NCBI GenBank assembly: GCA_002633005.1
Contig: NMRA01000053.1
Coordinates: forward strand, 1,126,240-1,190,239
DNA length: 64,000 nucleotides
Direction of reading: 5' to 3'
Source: Phoronis australis
Taxonomy: Eukaryota; Animalia; Phoronida
A program made the position numbers and the translations under genes. Every line of letters begins with the position of its first letter. Within the stretch, counting starts at the first letter, position 1. Positions 12,954 to 27,900 of the stretch are shown piece by piece. The notes beneath the pieces were generated by a model. The model was given only the letters and a program-made list of their open reading frames with translations. It made no database searches and was not told the DNA's origin.

Positions 12954-15900
12954 GTAACAAGGGGGTACTCCGGCGACTCTCTTTTTGACGTGTTGTGCCA
13001 CTCGGAAATTGGTATAACCGCATTTCTAAATTAGAGTCGGCAAGGCAAATTCCATCCTTTAGACTCCTTTTAGGATTTCCAAGAATGAAAACAATTCCTT
13101 TCCATGGTCATTGCTGTTGTCGACTATTGGGCCGAGGGGCCAACAGTTGACAGTCGTCTGCACATATCGGACTAATCAAGCTTGGCATTCACCGTACATC
13201 TAGATCGAGCTCCGCCGCAGAAATGCAAATTTTTATCAGCATCTTCTCAATTACACTACAGCTAAGACGGTCGTGGGCACGGCAAGCGCGACGCTGCGTT
13301 GTTAAAGGACATTGAGGTTTTTATGGCCGAAAAAACGCAATTAAGGATTATTGTTGAACCGGATAGACTTTTTGAAGTTATCAGCTTTGACCAGAACTAT
13401 AAAACAATAAAACCCGCAGTGATCGATATATTCACAAAACTTACCGAGAGTGGCGTCGATGAGGTAATATCCCAAGAGACGTTATTCAGTGTCGAGTGGG
13501 ATATTACTTGATCTACGCCAATCGAGGTACGTTTTGTATTTATCCAATACGGTTCGAATTCCTAAGTTTCTTTCATTTCTTCGGCAGATTTTTTAAACAC
13601 CACCCCCAGACTGTTCACATGGCGCATTCGGATCACATCATATATGTAGGTACTTTCGCGTTAGGTTAAAAGTTTTCACTAGTAAAAAGAAACAGTTTTA
13701 AATGTAACGATTTATTAATTAAAAAGAGATAACAAAGATGAAAACTACGGTGGTTGTGCACTGAACTTGTAACATTCCCTGATAATAGTTAAATAACAAC
13801 AATATTTGATATTGCAGTTATCAAGGAAACGGCGCCTGAGTTGCAGACGATATAATATTTAGCAATTAAAAACTGAGACAGAAATGTCATATAATTAACA
13901 GTTTTGTGCCAGATGTTACGTTGGGGACCAGGTTACACGTTGAGTGTTATCTATAGTGCTGCCATTGTATTACTTAAAACTATTTTCGGAAAGTTTGATG
14001 ATCGAACTGGTTAAAGACGTCGAGTCGACATTGACCTACCTTTTGAACTTTCCAAGTCAGAGGGCACTGTTGAAGCAGCGCGGGTGGTGAATACGGAAAA
14101 CAATATCACATGGCCGTATTACACTCGACTGATTCAACGCGTATGGAATAAAAGAAAGGTATCGCCTATATGGTCTTCCAGCGGAATACCGCGGGAGTAT
14201 TGTAGTCTACAAATCTCCACTTAGTGACATCATTCATGTTTCTGATATTGGAATGAAGTGTTGCACTTTTGGGTGTGTAATTCTTATTGATATTTCCTCT
14301 GTATTTCTACAGTTCCTGGAATTCTTTATCACATATAGGACAACTGTTCAAGTGCCTATTGTTACATGTATGTAATCTCAAGCCGTTCTTGTTTGCACGC
14401 CTCCCTCTACGATGTTCACAGACCGTAATTTGCTTTCTAGCTAAATTTGTTGACGCTTATGGTTCCACTAGAAGCGTGTTGACCTTCTCGGCATTACGAG
14501 CGACTCAGTCAGGCTGCAAAAACTTGGTAACTAAGTCTTTTAAATAAAGTTTTGATGGCTATGTCATGTTAGAGAAGTTAATTTTGACTTACGCCCCGGG
14601 GTAACTTTTTGCAATGAACATGGCACAGTTGTCACTCCTTCCGAGTCAGTAATTGTGGCTTGTTTTTGTTGTTGTTATTGTTGTTGTTGTTGTTGTTGTT
14701 GTCAATATAATTTATTGTCTCTCTCGGCAGCTAAGAACCAAACATCCGAGGTGCCACCGTTGGACAAGTTTGATTCAAAGTTATACTCCTGGCAGGACCA
14801 CGTGATTGGCAGCTATACTATCATATTAGGTCAGTAACTAAAACGCTGAACTTGTCCTTTTTATTGTATGGAATCGCCTTTGTGGCATTAAACCGTGCGA
14901 AAGGTGTAGATTTCGATATTGCAGGCGAGCATCGTTACAACGAACGCGGTTGATAAGATTTGTTCCCTTTCACTTGTAAACATTTCATTCTGAAAGTCCC
15001 AAACCAAGTGTATTGTGTACAATTTGATTTGACCGCAAGGATGCAACACACGTTCTCAATGATCCGCAAGGGGCCGGTGCCAGACTGTTGCACTGTAATT
15101 GCTTTTGATTGCGTCAGTGGTTTTACCTGAACACTAATTTACTGAACTTCTGCGAACTCATTTGTTACGACAATTTGTCTCCTCCAATGGAAGAAAATTC
15201 ATATGCATAGATGTTTTGCCCGGGGTGACGATACTGTAGTCTATTCTCAGTGACGGGGGTGCAGGATACCCAGAGTGTACTCGGGGTCGATTTCTAAAGA
15301 GTTTTTATGATAAAGTCACCATTTCATAGACTTTTGTTCCATAAACAATACCCTTTCATAGGGGGATGGGGGACTATAGCCCTCCACTTATTTCAGTGCT
15401 GCGCCGCCCATGCCTTTTGCCGAGGTTAATTCAATAACCTAGCCCTTTCGTTGGGTTCTTAGACACCCTGAAATAGTACAATAAGAAATTGCATGCTGCC
15501 AAAAACGAGTGCATCCTTTGCAATAATATACATGTTATTTGAATATTGCGTAAAACATTTCGGCAACAGGCCCTTTTGGAAAGTAAGCATTATTGGAGAA
15601 GGGGCACAAACTTATTCCACTTCACGAAACTTTTGCCTCCCGCACGGGGTCCCGATTTTCAGGTTCCCCAACATAACTTCTGCCATCACGACTGTTTCCA
15701 GTTTGTCCCTAACCCCTCCCCGCTACAGGCATGCAGCAGAACTTTGCTGTTTGTGGGGGGAGGGTAACCCCCGTGTGGTAGGCGGCTGCCAAATACTTGG
15801 GCAACTATATCTTTCAACAAGATTTCGCCAGGAAGGGTTCTTTACAGACCTGAACGCGTTTAGGGAGTTATTTTGACCTTTAGGATTGTTTTTTTTTTAT

Positions 15901-18900
15901 GAAATTCACTTTAAGGGTGCCAAAGAGATGTACTGAGCAAATCCCTCTTTAGGGATATAAAAGAAATGTAAGAGAAATCTACCGCAGGTTTCGAAAATTT
16001 GAGAAATGCAAGGAGAAATACTATCACCCAAGGAGAGTAGGCAGAGGGCAAATGATCAAATTTCGTGTACTCACTGGCTTCGGAATTCAACGAAACACCC
16101 ATTTCTTACTGTATTATTTCAAATTGGTAAAACTCATCAACTGCACTTTGGTGTTTGAGAATCTGGCTATTTTCCAGAATTTAAAAGTAAACATCGTCAA
16201 CTTCTTTCAATGTAAACTTTTAATTGATCATTAAAAATAGTCTATGAAACAGTCGATTGTCGTAGATAAATAAACATAGAAACTAATAAATCCTGGCGCG
16301 AATCCAAACAGAAAGTAATAAGTTTGACATGTTGAGCCGCCACCTGACATTCAAAGGAGCACACTAGTACGCCTTAAGTGCCGTTTACACTTACAAAGTT
16401 GACACGGATCAGCTGACACGGAAAAAGTTGTTCCAGTGTGTAAAAGGACTGACACGGCGCAAATTGACACCGCGGTGACAAATTTTTGCCACCCGTTGGT
16501 GAGGAAGAGTAATTTGCACCCGAACGTCTTGCGCCGTGTCAATTATAAGTTTAAACGTGAAACTGGAGTAAGGCGGAAAGGATCATCTCTACTGCACCTG
16601 TGCAATGACCTGCGTACGGGTTCTTTGTCTCTGCAACTCTCGTCATTTGTAAACCTGCGCATGTGCGATCCAGTCTCTCCAGCCTTTAATTTCCGTCTTG
16701 TCACGGTTAGTGAATTGTGTGTGTAAACGGCCGCTTGACACGGGTGAATTTGTCATTTGTGCCGGGCCAAAAGTTGATGTCTAAACGGGACTTTAGTTAA
16801 ACTGCCGGGCTGGTTTGCATAAAATGTCGAAACTGTCCACTGGATAAGTTTCATTGTTGCATTATTTCGGGTACATTATTCAACAATAACAACGTGGCGC
16901 GTGATGATGCGACGTCATTGTTGCTACTGTGCAGCTTATAACTTTTATGCAACTGGGCCCAGAACATTTTAAAGTTGTTAGACTATCGCCAACTGACGTC
17001 GTATAGTGGGGTCGCAAGGTATTGTTTAATTTGCGAGATCTAAGCGTTGTTTACTGTATATGATTATTAAAGGCGAAGGCAAGCTTTTTTTCATGTCATT
17101 TTTAGCAAAAACAAGGTTCGTTGATTATCCCAGACATATTTTTCACTTATTCACTGCTTTTCGTAATTTAATTAATTACTCGTCGTCTACTCCTGAAGTT
17201 ACGTTTTGGAAGGCAAGAATTTCGCGCCAATTTCTTTTCATATAGGCTGACTGTGAGAGCAGTCGATTCAGACATTGTTTTACCTCGGTTGTGACAAGTT
17301 CGGTCGTCGTTTGCTTTTGCTTACGAGTCAGTCAACATGTCACGCTGTTGCTGCGTACTGGGGTGTACTCATTATCGTCTCACGAACAGAGGAAGAACTG
17401 TCTCACTTGCCCGACACACTCCCACTGGAGAGTGATCTGAGCACCCAAACTGCTTACATCCCGCCGTGTGACTCCCTCGTCATACACCTGGCACCTTCCA
17501 AATAGCTCCAATACAAGTCCACAATAAACTTATCAAACTTAGGCTCACTGATCTGTTCATTGGATGACGAACTGTCCTCTTCACTGGGTGTCGAGCTGGG
17601 CCTGTATTCACTCCCACTACTCAACATCGCTGCAGGGCTGCGACAGGCTCTGCCGGGCCTAGAGACAACAACACAGGGCGAATCACTGCTAGTTCCCGGA
17701 ATTGCACGCAATGGGGTAGGTTCGGAGGCACGGGTGACAGTAGATGAAGTGCCTTCAGTCACCGTATATAGTGACCACAGCTCGCGAGGCTTCTCGCTTC
17801 AAAAACGCACTTCTCGGGGTTGGCGACGGGGCACTGCCGGGAATCAACAGCGACGGTATGATACCCTTCTTCAGGCGTTGTTTCGCAGGGACCTTCATCA
17901 ATTCTGCGTACATATCTCTGTCATAATCTGATTACAGAAAATGCTTGCCACACACTAGTTAACCCTCCACTGCTTTGTACGTTGCGTGGACGGGTAGCGC
18001 TGCGTTCTTCACATTCATGAACGAGCCAGCCAAGTACGGCGAAGTGTGTCATCCTTCGGAAAGCGACGCAAGGTACCCAAAGCGCGTGTGAGACGATACT
18101 GAGTACATCCCGGCACGCAGCAGCAGCGTGGCATGTTGACTGACTTGTAAACAAAAGCAAACGACGACCGAACTTATCACAACCGAGGTGGAACAATGAC
18201 TGACTCGACAGCTCTCAAAGTCAGACTATAATGAAAAGAAATTGGCGCGAAACTCTTGCCTCCCAAAACGTCACTTCCGGAGTAGAGGACGAGAAATTAA
18301 TCAAATTACGAAAAGCTGTAATTAAGTGAAAAATGTGTCTGGGATAATCAACGAACCTTATTTTTGTTAAAAGTGACGTGAAAAAAGGTTGCCTTCGCCT
18401 TTAAGAGAGTGAAGGCGGCATGGCGCGTAAGTACTTGACGGACTGTCGACAGAGTACAGGAGACGTCTCCATGGGGGTTTGGGGGCCCTCCCCAAGTACA
18501 TGTATGCTTAAATAGACAAAAGACAAATGTTTCGAGAAAGCAAAAGACAAAAAATTAACTTTAGAGCTTTTCGTGTCAGGTTTTTTGTTTTTGACTACAA
18601 AAAGGAGCCCGAGCAGATGGTTTCAAACCCCTGGATCTCTGTCCGATCTGGATTCGAACTTGGCACGGACGACTCACTAAATTACCTGGCAAAAAGTGAC
18701 CCACGTCTTCTGCCGAAGACAATTTTTGAACCACTTACCACTGCTTATAAAATAGGTGTCCGGCACCCCATATCTTACTCAGATTAAAAATGAGTTCTAG
18801 ACCAGAGATTACCGTGAAACTCGGCCAGTAGTTTTACCGCACCTTGCAGTGCGGCAGAAGATTTGTACTATAAGCACTGTCGTCAATACGCCTGTTTATC

Positions 18901-21900
18901 AAAAACTCTGATGTAAGGTTCTTTTGGTTTACTGCATTCAATGAGTGAAGACGCTACAGCAGGGAAATGCTGGTTAAAATCATTTGATAAATCCTAGACT
19001 GAAAGTGGCTATTTTGATCTGCACTGCTTCTGAAATCGGATTCATTCGGTGAAAAGTTAGTTTAGGTGATAATTACCCGAAGCAATACGATAAAAAATTC
19101 CAAAAGCACATGAATTAGGTTTTGATTCTCTGATACACCCGTAAATGAGTATTTTTAGCAATTTTTTGAAACATGGGAGATAACAGGCTTGTGAATTGTG
19201 ACACCGGACAAAAGTCTCAAAGAACATTTTACAATTGACTAGATCTAACTTAGCACCTGGAATTAAGGCCGAGTGTTTGCTCTGACCAACCCCAGTTGCG
19301 AGAGTTTGTTTCAGTTCCCATGACCGGCAGTGTGGCCCTCAGGGGTATTCCACCCGGTTTGTCGTGACCGATTGCATGAATGCAATCGAAGGATAACATT
19401 GCAACGACGTTGCTGTGATAGAGCACAGTATACGTCTATAGGTAAAGTTTATGTTCCAACATGCATTGGAACGCTTTATTGGAGTTGATTTGTTTCCTAT
19501 TCGTAGGTACAGAAGCCATCGTGTCAAACCTGTTGGTTCTTGCAGTGGCAGCGAGGAGGCGGAAATTCATTCAACCACAAGAGCTATTGTTGGTCAGTCT
19601 GGCTATCAGTGACCTAGGGGTTGTCCTTACTACTTTTCCTATGATGTCAAAATCGGCTTTTAACCACAGATGGGCATATGGCGATAGTGGTGAGTTTCCG
19701 AGTTTGAGAGTGTGAAAAACAATATTTCCACTTTTTCAAGTAACAAGCACCGATTTCTGAAGATCCATGTGTTTTAGCGTTCCTATCTCGTTTTCTGTAA
19801 TCGTGTTTATCGAAGGGACGGCTGCGTGTTTTTTTTTCTTATGTCTCTGGACCAAAGATAAAATTAAGATGGTTATCTTTTACCTAGAAAAAAGTGGCTA
19901 CTTTCTTATCTATCATATTGGTCCAGAGATAGCAAGTGTGCATTTTTAGAGAATCAATGGTAGCGGTTTATAAGACTGAACACCATTCTGGAAACAATGG
20001 CCGACATTTTCTTGTCATCAGTGGCACTGCTAAAGGATAAATTAGACCGAGATTTGACAAATTTGCCAATCTCAAAGGAAGACGACTGTCTTTGTTTTTT
20101 TAAAAAAGCGACATTATCGATTTTACAGACGAAGAAGGCATTTTGGGGTTATTGTTCGAGGGGATATATTATTGTTGGTATTGGCTTTGACCATATCTAT
20201 AACACCACAAATTTCGTTGGCTTCGTAGTTTGTTATAAATCGTCAGTTCTCTACGTTGTCTGACAGACCTTCTCCTGAAATGAAAACCGGTGACCACCAG
20301 ATTAACACGTTTAAAGGGCCACCATCGGTTTTACTAGCAAAAAACGCCCGTGCAGACTGCATGTTGTGGCACTTCGTTAATCCAGTAATTTCCGTGGTGT
20401 TCGCGGTTTGAAAAGGACGGTGCACAATCGCTTCCAGCGTGTAAAAAACGTCAGACTCTGTGTGAGCGCCGGCATATCCGATTCACACTGCCGTCAACCG
20501 GTAGTGAAACAGAACAAGCAATGTTCACTAACAAGCGTTAAACCAGAGTGCCGGAGTTATGGACGAAGGAGGGCAATTGCCCCTCTTCGGGGGCCCCTTG
20601 GTATGAACGAGTAAATAATTGCAAAAAAAGAAAAATGAGTGGTAACTGATTCATCAATTATCTGTGCCTCTCTTTCCGTTCCGCTGTATAATTCCAACAA
20701 TAGTAAGCAACACCAGTAGTTGATTGTATCGGGGGCCCTCCAAAAAAGGACCACTTTCAGATGAAAGAATCAGCATTAAAAAAAAACGATATAAGAGCAA
20801 CAGTTGATGCACCTTTAAAGAAATCCCCTTAACAGGATTAACTATGTAATACCGAAAAAGACCAGGAAACGCCTCACCAATGTTTCCTTCAGAAAAGCCT
20901 TTATCCAATAGATAGCGTCTTGGCATGAAAAGATGAATACTCGAATCATTTGTTAGAGCCCTTGTGAGATCAGGTCCCCTAAAATGAAAACGGAAACAAA
21001 AAAGCAAGAGCTCACTTGCGAGTTTCCAGTTATTCAAGGCGAAGTCACAAGAAGTAGGGCAAAACCCGCCATATTGCCCTTGTTTTGCCCCGAGTCTTTG
21101 CTACACACGCTAAATCTTACTGGAGTTCTTATGGAGAAATTTTCGCTTAAAATGTCAACACAACTTAAGAGATGGTAGATGGATCGTGGAATAACAGTAA
21201 ATGGACGAATAAAATGTGAACTTGTTATGTTGTGCGAAGCTATGAACCGACTGAAATTGGAACTCGATCGACCGGGACTCAATTAAGGCCTGAATGTCAC
21301 AGGGATACAGAGGCGATAGTATATCCCCATAAAAAGTAATTACTCATTTCAAAATAAAGCAAATGAAATCAAATGAAACATGCATATATGCACATGGAGT
21401 TATAATGAACACATTCAACGACTCTGGATGCAATTTAGTCAACAAATAACTTGAACATATCAATGAAAATCTCGCGGTTCGCTCCAGTTTCTCTCTCTGG
21501 TCGCCATTGTGAGGAAGTTAGGTGAAATCACATCTGTTGACGAACAAAAAGTTCAAGGGACACAACTTTATACATGTGTCACTTCATATCTTCCCATGCT
21601 ATTTTGCAAGTGTCACGCGTCAGGTCACGCGCTTCTCTCAGTCTCGCGCTAGCCTTTGCCTCTATACTCACCTGACTCAGTTCCAAGAGTTGGAATTCTT
21701 CGCCAAAGTCACCTTATTCCCGTAGCTATGCTTCATCGAAGATATGTTTAGAAGCAGAAAGGATCAATGAAAAAAGTAGGGGCTTGTTTAGTGATAGTTA
21801 TAAGTGTAGAATGTATTTTGACCGTGTGAAAACTTTTAATCATTGAGCGAATTTCACCTACCGCCCGTTTAAAATACTTGGGACGAAATTAGTACAGAAT

Positions 21901-24900
21901 GCGATGTGATTTATTGTAGCGCGAATCTGAATTATACTTCCCGTAACAATAATGCTTGTTTGGCATTTTTCACACTTATTACAGCGTTCTGTCGTTCAGT
22001 AACTTTTCCAGACGTGAGGGGTGCTGAACGTGCGATAATATCTGGCTTAACTTAACTTTCATTTTTATCAGCCCACCCCAGTCAAGCAAGATACATGTAC
22101 GATCTGATCGGAGATTAGAGCAATTATCAAACAAAAGAGCGCGGGCCCTCCAACCATCAACGCCAGAATGGAGTTAATTGGCTACGGGGGGGGNNNNNNN
22201 NNNNNNNNNNNNNNNNNNNNNNNNNNNNNNNNNNNNNNNNGGGGGGGGGTAAACTTCCCAACTTGTTGTTGGGCTATACAATCGAACAAGTTGGGAGCAA
22301 CGGGATGTCGCCGTCATGTAAAAACTTAAAAAGTCTGAAAAAAACTGAACAGAATATACTCTGCTAACGTATCGGGCAAATGGCCAAACAAGGCTTGCGT
22401 TCAGTAGATGCTAGGACCTACGCTAGGACCTAGCTAAAACCTAGTAAAAGTCACGTGATCTCATTTAAAATACGCGGCAACATCTCACGTAATCTTGCGA
22501 AGTCTTGCTTTTTAGCGAGGTCCTAGCGTTACTGAACGGGAGGAAGCTTTTGCCCTACTTGCGGTGACGTCATAGTTAAGTCTCGCGTTATTGTTATGAT
22601 TCGCAAAAAGACTATTGATGTTAACATTGCGTCCCCTCCCACAGAGGGCGTAACATCACTTCAAAGATTTATAAATAACATATTAAACACAAATTGACAG
22701 TATTGATTTCGCTAAAGCTGTCCTTTAGCAGTTAGAGTGCTGGAAAGCCGTGCATATCAAAGCTCACAAATATAATTTTTGGAGGTTTCGGTAAAGTGCC
22801 CGACTTCAAGTGGGTATGGACAACTGAAGTTGCATTTTGTTTAATAACTGTGACAACCTAACAAAAGGAGTCTCCCAAAGAGCAACCCGTACTGAGCAGA
22901 TTGACTACACGTTCGTTTTATACGGGTAGTTATGGGCTTCTTCGCTGGAAATGCTTCGCGTCAATCGCAGTGTTCTGTGAGGTGTCTGTGTTGCCTTCGA
23001 CACCTTCATGATGACACTACAGGGCCGTGTTGCTACTGTGTTCACATCATGTTCAAGTATCCTTACAATGGAACACCCTTTTCATGCCTGGCTGTTGACA
23101 GCGGTTTTACACTGTGCCAAGACACAAGCTGACGTTTTTTAAACAGTCAATACGGTGCCGAAGCGAGCTCGGTCAGAAATGACTGATCTGATTCATACGA
23201 AATTTTCACACACGGTGCTTTATGCTCTCTCCTAAAAAGTGTTAGGACTTATTTGTAAATTGCCCCACTTTTGCACAAAGGGCTACGCAAAATAAAACTT
23301 TAAAGTTTTTAAGAAAAAATAAAAACTTGTATGAAACTTAAACCAAATGATGTTTTAGAAAGTTGTAACAGCGCTCTCGAGATTTCATCTTGAACATTTG
23401 TATTAATGAAATTGGTTCATTTTATTGATACCGTTGTTTTGCTGTGAATGTATCGTCTGTTGTTCTTTTTGCTAAATTTTATTTAAATAACATGGTTCCG
23501 TGGCCTAGTTGACAGATTAGTGTAAAGTTTAAAATCTACAGGTTTTTCTTCTTTCACATAAATCTATACTTTTACAGACCTAACTTCCACGGCGGATTGC
23601 CGAACCTTCATGAACCGCCAATGTGTGAAAGGTATCTAACACTAAACAACAGGATCTGAGACATCGCCATGTCAAAAATGATCATGGCTTTGTTTTACGC
23701 GTGTTAATTCCAGGTTGTCTGTTCTAAAATTTTTCTATAATCCGTTCCAGGTTGTAGGTTCTACGCGTGTATTTCGTTCATTCTAAGTCTCAACAGTATG
23801 TGCACTCTCGTCGTCGTTGCATGGGCTCGCTTTATTGTGGTGTGCTACCCAAAAATTCGTAAGTATGCTATCGTTTCACTTTACACTCGTGTTTTGACCT
23901 ACATGTACTAAAAAATGTCTGTCGTCTCTTTTAGCCATACATTTCCATGAATTTGAAGATATAATGTGCGCGCATACTCAATGAAATGTTCTTAATAACT
24001 TGGTGTATATCATATAACTTTTTGTCCTAAGTCAAAAACATGGCCTATGCTAGACGGTTTAGGTTCCCTTTCCTGCAATAAAGCTGTGTATCGTTGGGAG
24101 CTTTGGAGTGAGATTTGATTTCAGTGACAGGTTGTGCGTAAACCAACCATACGTCATCGTAGCCGCCACTGACCTAAACTCTTTCACAGTGCTACGAAAG
24201 TTAGCACTGTCGAATGCTGTTTAACGTGGCTTCTCATTGGCTAAAGTAATGAAACCGACGTCATAACACACAGTCATTCTCATTGGTTTAAAACTGGGAA
24301 ACCCGTTTACTGTTACGTAGTATGGCGACCACCTTTGGCTTGAATAGTTACAATTAATTAAAACAGGCAGTGATCTAAGTAAACAAAATCAAGGGAACCC
24401 TGATCCAGTGTCTTAAGCCCAAACAAGTACAGTGCCTAAAGGCGTGCCTTGCAAGTGGTTGCGATGTGATCGGCATACTTCCGGCCGAGGCATGCGCATT
24501 GATGCCCGCACACGGAATTCCCTGTGTCGTTCATCATGTTTCTACAGGGCCACTTTTCAGTATAGGTAGCGCTGTGTCAGAGGGTACCATAGACCTACAA
24601 ATGCTATTGTGTGCCTGTGCAATAGCCTTTCAAATGCAGTGATTTTCATTAGAAAACAACAGCTGTTTGTATCAAAATCAACTTTGTTTGAAATCCATAC
24701 AAATTTTGCTGCATGCACCACCCATTATCCTGCTGAGCGGCTATTCAGACAACTTTCCCTGTGTGCACGTTGTTATTGTTGAACAATGCACCTGACGTCA
24801 TGCAACAATCAAACTTATCCAGCGGATAATAAGTATAATGAGTAATAATAATAAGTTTTATGCAACCCATCTTCATCATAGCCTTTGTGAAAATAAACTG

Positions 24901-27900
24901 ATCCACAGTCAACCTCCCACGTCTGGCTCAAGCCATACAATGTATGTGTGACTGTCTACACTTACATAAACCTGTCAATATCTCCCAAACTGTCTATTAA
25001 TCAAAGTCATATGGTTGAAATCAGAGAATTATAGAGGAAACTGTGGACTATGGAATGCGCATGCTCACATATCTAAACAACATACAGGGCTCTCACAAAT
25101 TTCTGAATGCCTGAAAATCACAAGTGTCCTGGGATGAGTACACTCTCCCAGCGCTCCCAGCTGCAGCTTATCATAGTCGATTGAATACACCCAGCGTTCT
25201 GTAATAGGATAATTGGCAAGTCGGCTGACTTCGCCAAGTGCAGGATAAGGGCTAAAAAAATTTGTCAATTATTAGTAGTTGTAGTCCTAACCTTAATTCG
25301 TGTCAAGTGTTAATACCAGTCAAATCCGTATTCCATGTTCGCAGGCGAAGGAAATTTTGAAATCAAAATATTTGTTTAAAAAGCGTATAAATTTTGTTTA
25401 AGAAAGGTTATGCACTTTGTTTTGGAAGTCTCAATATTTCGAGCCTTCACTTTAATTGCACATCTTAAGGAGCTTAATTACTCCATATTGAAAGTTTAAT
25501 ATGTTTTTCTTTCAGTAACCCTCGAAGAGATTTATTTTTCAAACCCATTTATCCTTCACAGAAATGTTGCATATATCATAGAAAATGGTGAAGAATGCAG
25601 TCCCTCAATAATTAACATGTTTTTGTTATTCTTCGCTCTTTGGTTTACAAAGGCTGCTCTTGATTAAATTCGCCGCTTCTTCTGTGTCAACCAGCTGATT
25701 AGTTTGTTTATTAAAGTCCTCAAAGAGAATCAGACGTCTCAGCCGGTTGACTCAGCGGCACCGGCGAAGCCAATCAAGTAGAGTCAATTTTTATAAACTT
25801 ATGTAAGTAATCAATCATTTCTTCCCAAGCAATCAGGATGTCAAACGAAAGATGTCATGATTTGTTAAAAAAATAACAATTATCTACTTTTGAGCTAGAC
25901 AACATCCATATGTTTTGAAAACAACCCGTAATTTACAGCATTAGTAACGACTTCCGTAATATTTGTATTTGTCGCAACTCTTCTGACTTTTTATGTTACG
26001 ATGAAAGAGCGCTGCATTACCTCAGAAGTGCTCAACAACAAAAATAGAACTCGATAAAAGTCGTAAGTGCGTTTGTGACTAAGATATATTTGATTTGTAC
26101 GTTCCGTATATGGAGTGGGATGGAGTGCATCCTCCATCAAATTGTCTTGAAGCAGCAAGTCTATAGATCACATGGGCGCACTCGGGGGAGGGGGCTCGGG
26201 GTACTCGAAGAAGCCCCCCAATTTGACGAATTCGGCAAAAAAAGTCCGCCTTAACGAAACAAGAAGTCCGAGCAAACGAGACAAAAGTCCACAAAGCGAA
26301 AAATTCGAGCTTCCCTATATTTTAGACTGGGTGCGCGCATGCATCAACTTAAAGTGTTTAGAATCACCAATATCATTTCAAAAACACAAAAAGAGCCCAC
26401 CAGTCCATGAGCTGTAAAATTAGAACCCTCGCAAACACTTTCTGACGATTTGTTAATTAACCTAACTCGAGTTACAACTAGCATTTAATAGTCGATACAA
26501 GCTACGTACAACAAATCACAGCACTAGTCATCCGTCATTTTGTTAAGTGTGAAAAGTCATGAGATATTAATATGAAAAATAAATCAATCGCCTGGACTTA
26601 TGGATTGAGTTAGCTACGTCGCGTCCTCATCTCGAGGTTTTGGCAGGCCACTGAGATGTCACGTGACTCATCGTGTGATCAATAACACAGTTTGCGCGGG
26701 ATACTCTTTAGCGCCCTAAGTTTTTGGTACATGGGCGGCGCACCATAGGGGGCTGGGGAGCTATAGCCCCCATTTTTTTGAGTGCTACGCCGCACATGGT
26801 CTATAGGCGGTGCACCACAGTGGGGCTGAGAGGTCTTTAGCCCCACTTTTTTCAGTCGCGACTCCCATGTGGTAACAGAAATCTCGGGCCCCCTAGTGTT
26901 GTCTGTTTAAACTGAGATTCTCCACTCTCTCATATACAGCCTCCTTAACCCCTCGCCTGAACCAGTTTTCTTCCCTGTCTCGAATAGTGACATTCTCCAT
27001 GGAGAAAGAATGGTCGGTACCAGCCATGTGGGAGATATTGCTGCTCGTTTTTCCTTTTTTATAGTATAACAAGGCGTTGCGTTGGTGATTGTGACAACTT
27101 AGTAATTTACTGCGCTGTGGCTTTTCAATTTTTCCATCCGAAAGGCGTTGCACAGTTTGTAGCCTACACGAAACTCGTAGTGTGGACTTTCACTTGAAGT
27201 CGCGTTAGTTCTTGTATTACACACTCACACCGTGCGGACACGCGCACGCACAAGCACACATACACTCGCCCGCGCGCACACACGCACGCACGTACCCACA
27301 CACACATACCCATATACAAGCACACACATAAAAACACAACTTAAGAAACGAAAATTACAAAATGAATGATTCACAACGGTTCGCTATAGAAACCCCGGCA
27401 TAATTTATTTTACCGTCGACACGTAACGTTTTACCATAGTTCATAGGAATGATGAAAACAACTTTGGAGAATAGAGTGTAAACGGTTCATTTTCGAAAAC
27501 TTGAAAACTATGCATTTTATTTTAGGTTTATAAATGTCTTTTTACTTCCTTTTGTTTGCAGATTCCTGTCGTTTGGTATCGTTTCGCAGCATAAAAACTT
27601 CAATCGTGTTTACGTATGCATACGCCATCTTTTGGTCAATATGTCCGCTGATTGGCTGGGGTGAATATGATGTGGAACCTTTTGGCTATTCATGCACTAT
27701 TCGTTGGGTCAATGGAAACAAGTCGTATATTGTAGCAGTAACAATATTTTGCTGCTTCGTGCCTATAGTTGCAATGGCAAGTTTGTACTGTAGGATAGCC
27801 GTTTTTGTTTCCAACACCGCATTCGGCCGTGATAAGAGAGGTCCGTCACGCATAAACGTGTCCAAGAGAACTGGCAGTACGACAAAGGCAAGTAAATTGA

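Noticed and set aside
14655-14730. Cys-rich N-terminus of ORF 14655-14837
   Set aside because: Translation of an intronic (TTG)n microsatellite; only 14731-14829 is exon.
17454-17931. Ser-rich ORFs as host genes
   Set aside because: They lie inside the Kolobok-like element, next to or overlapping its decayed THAP ORF.
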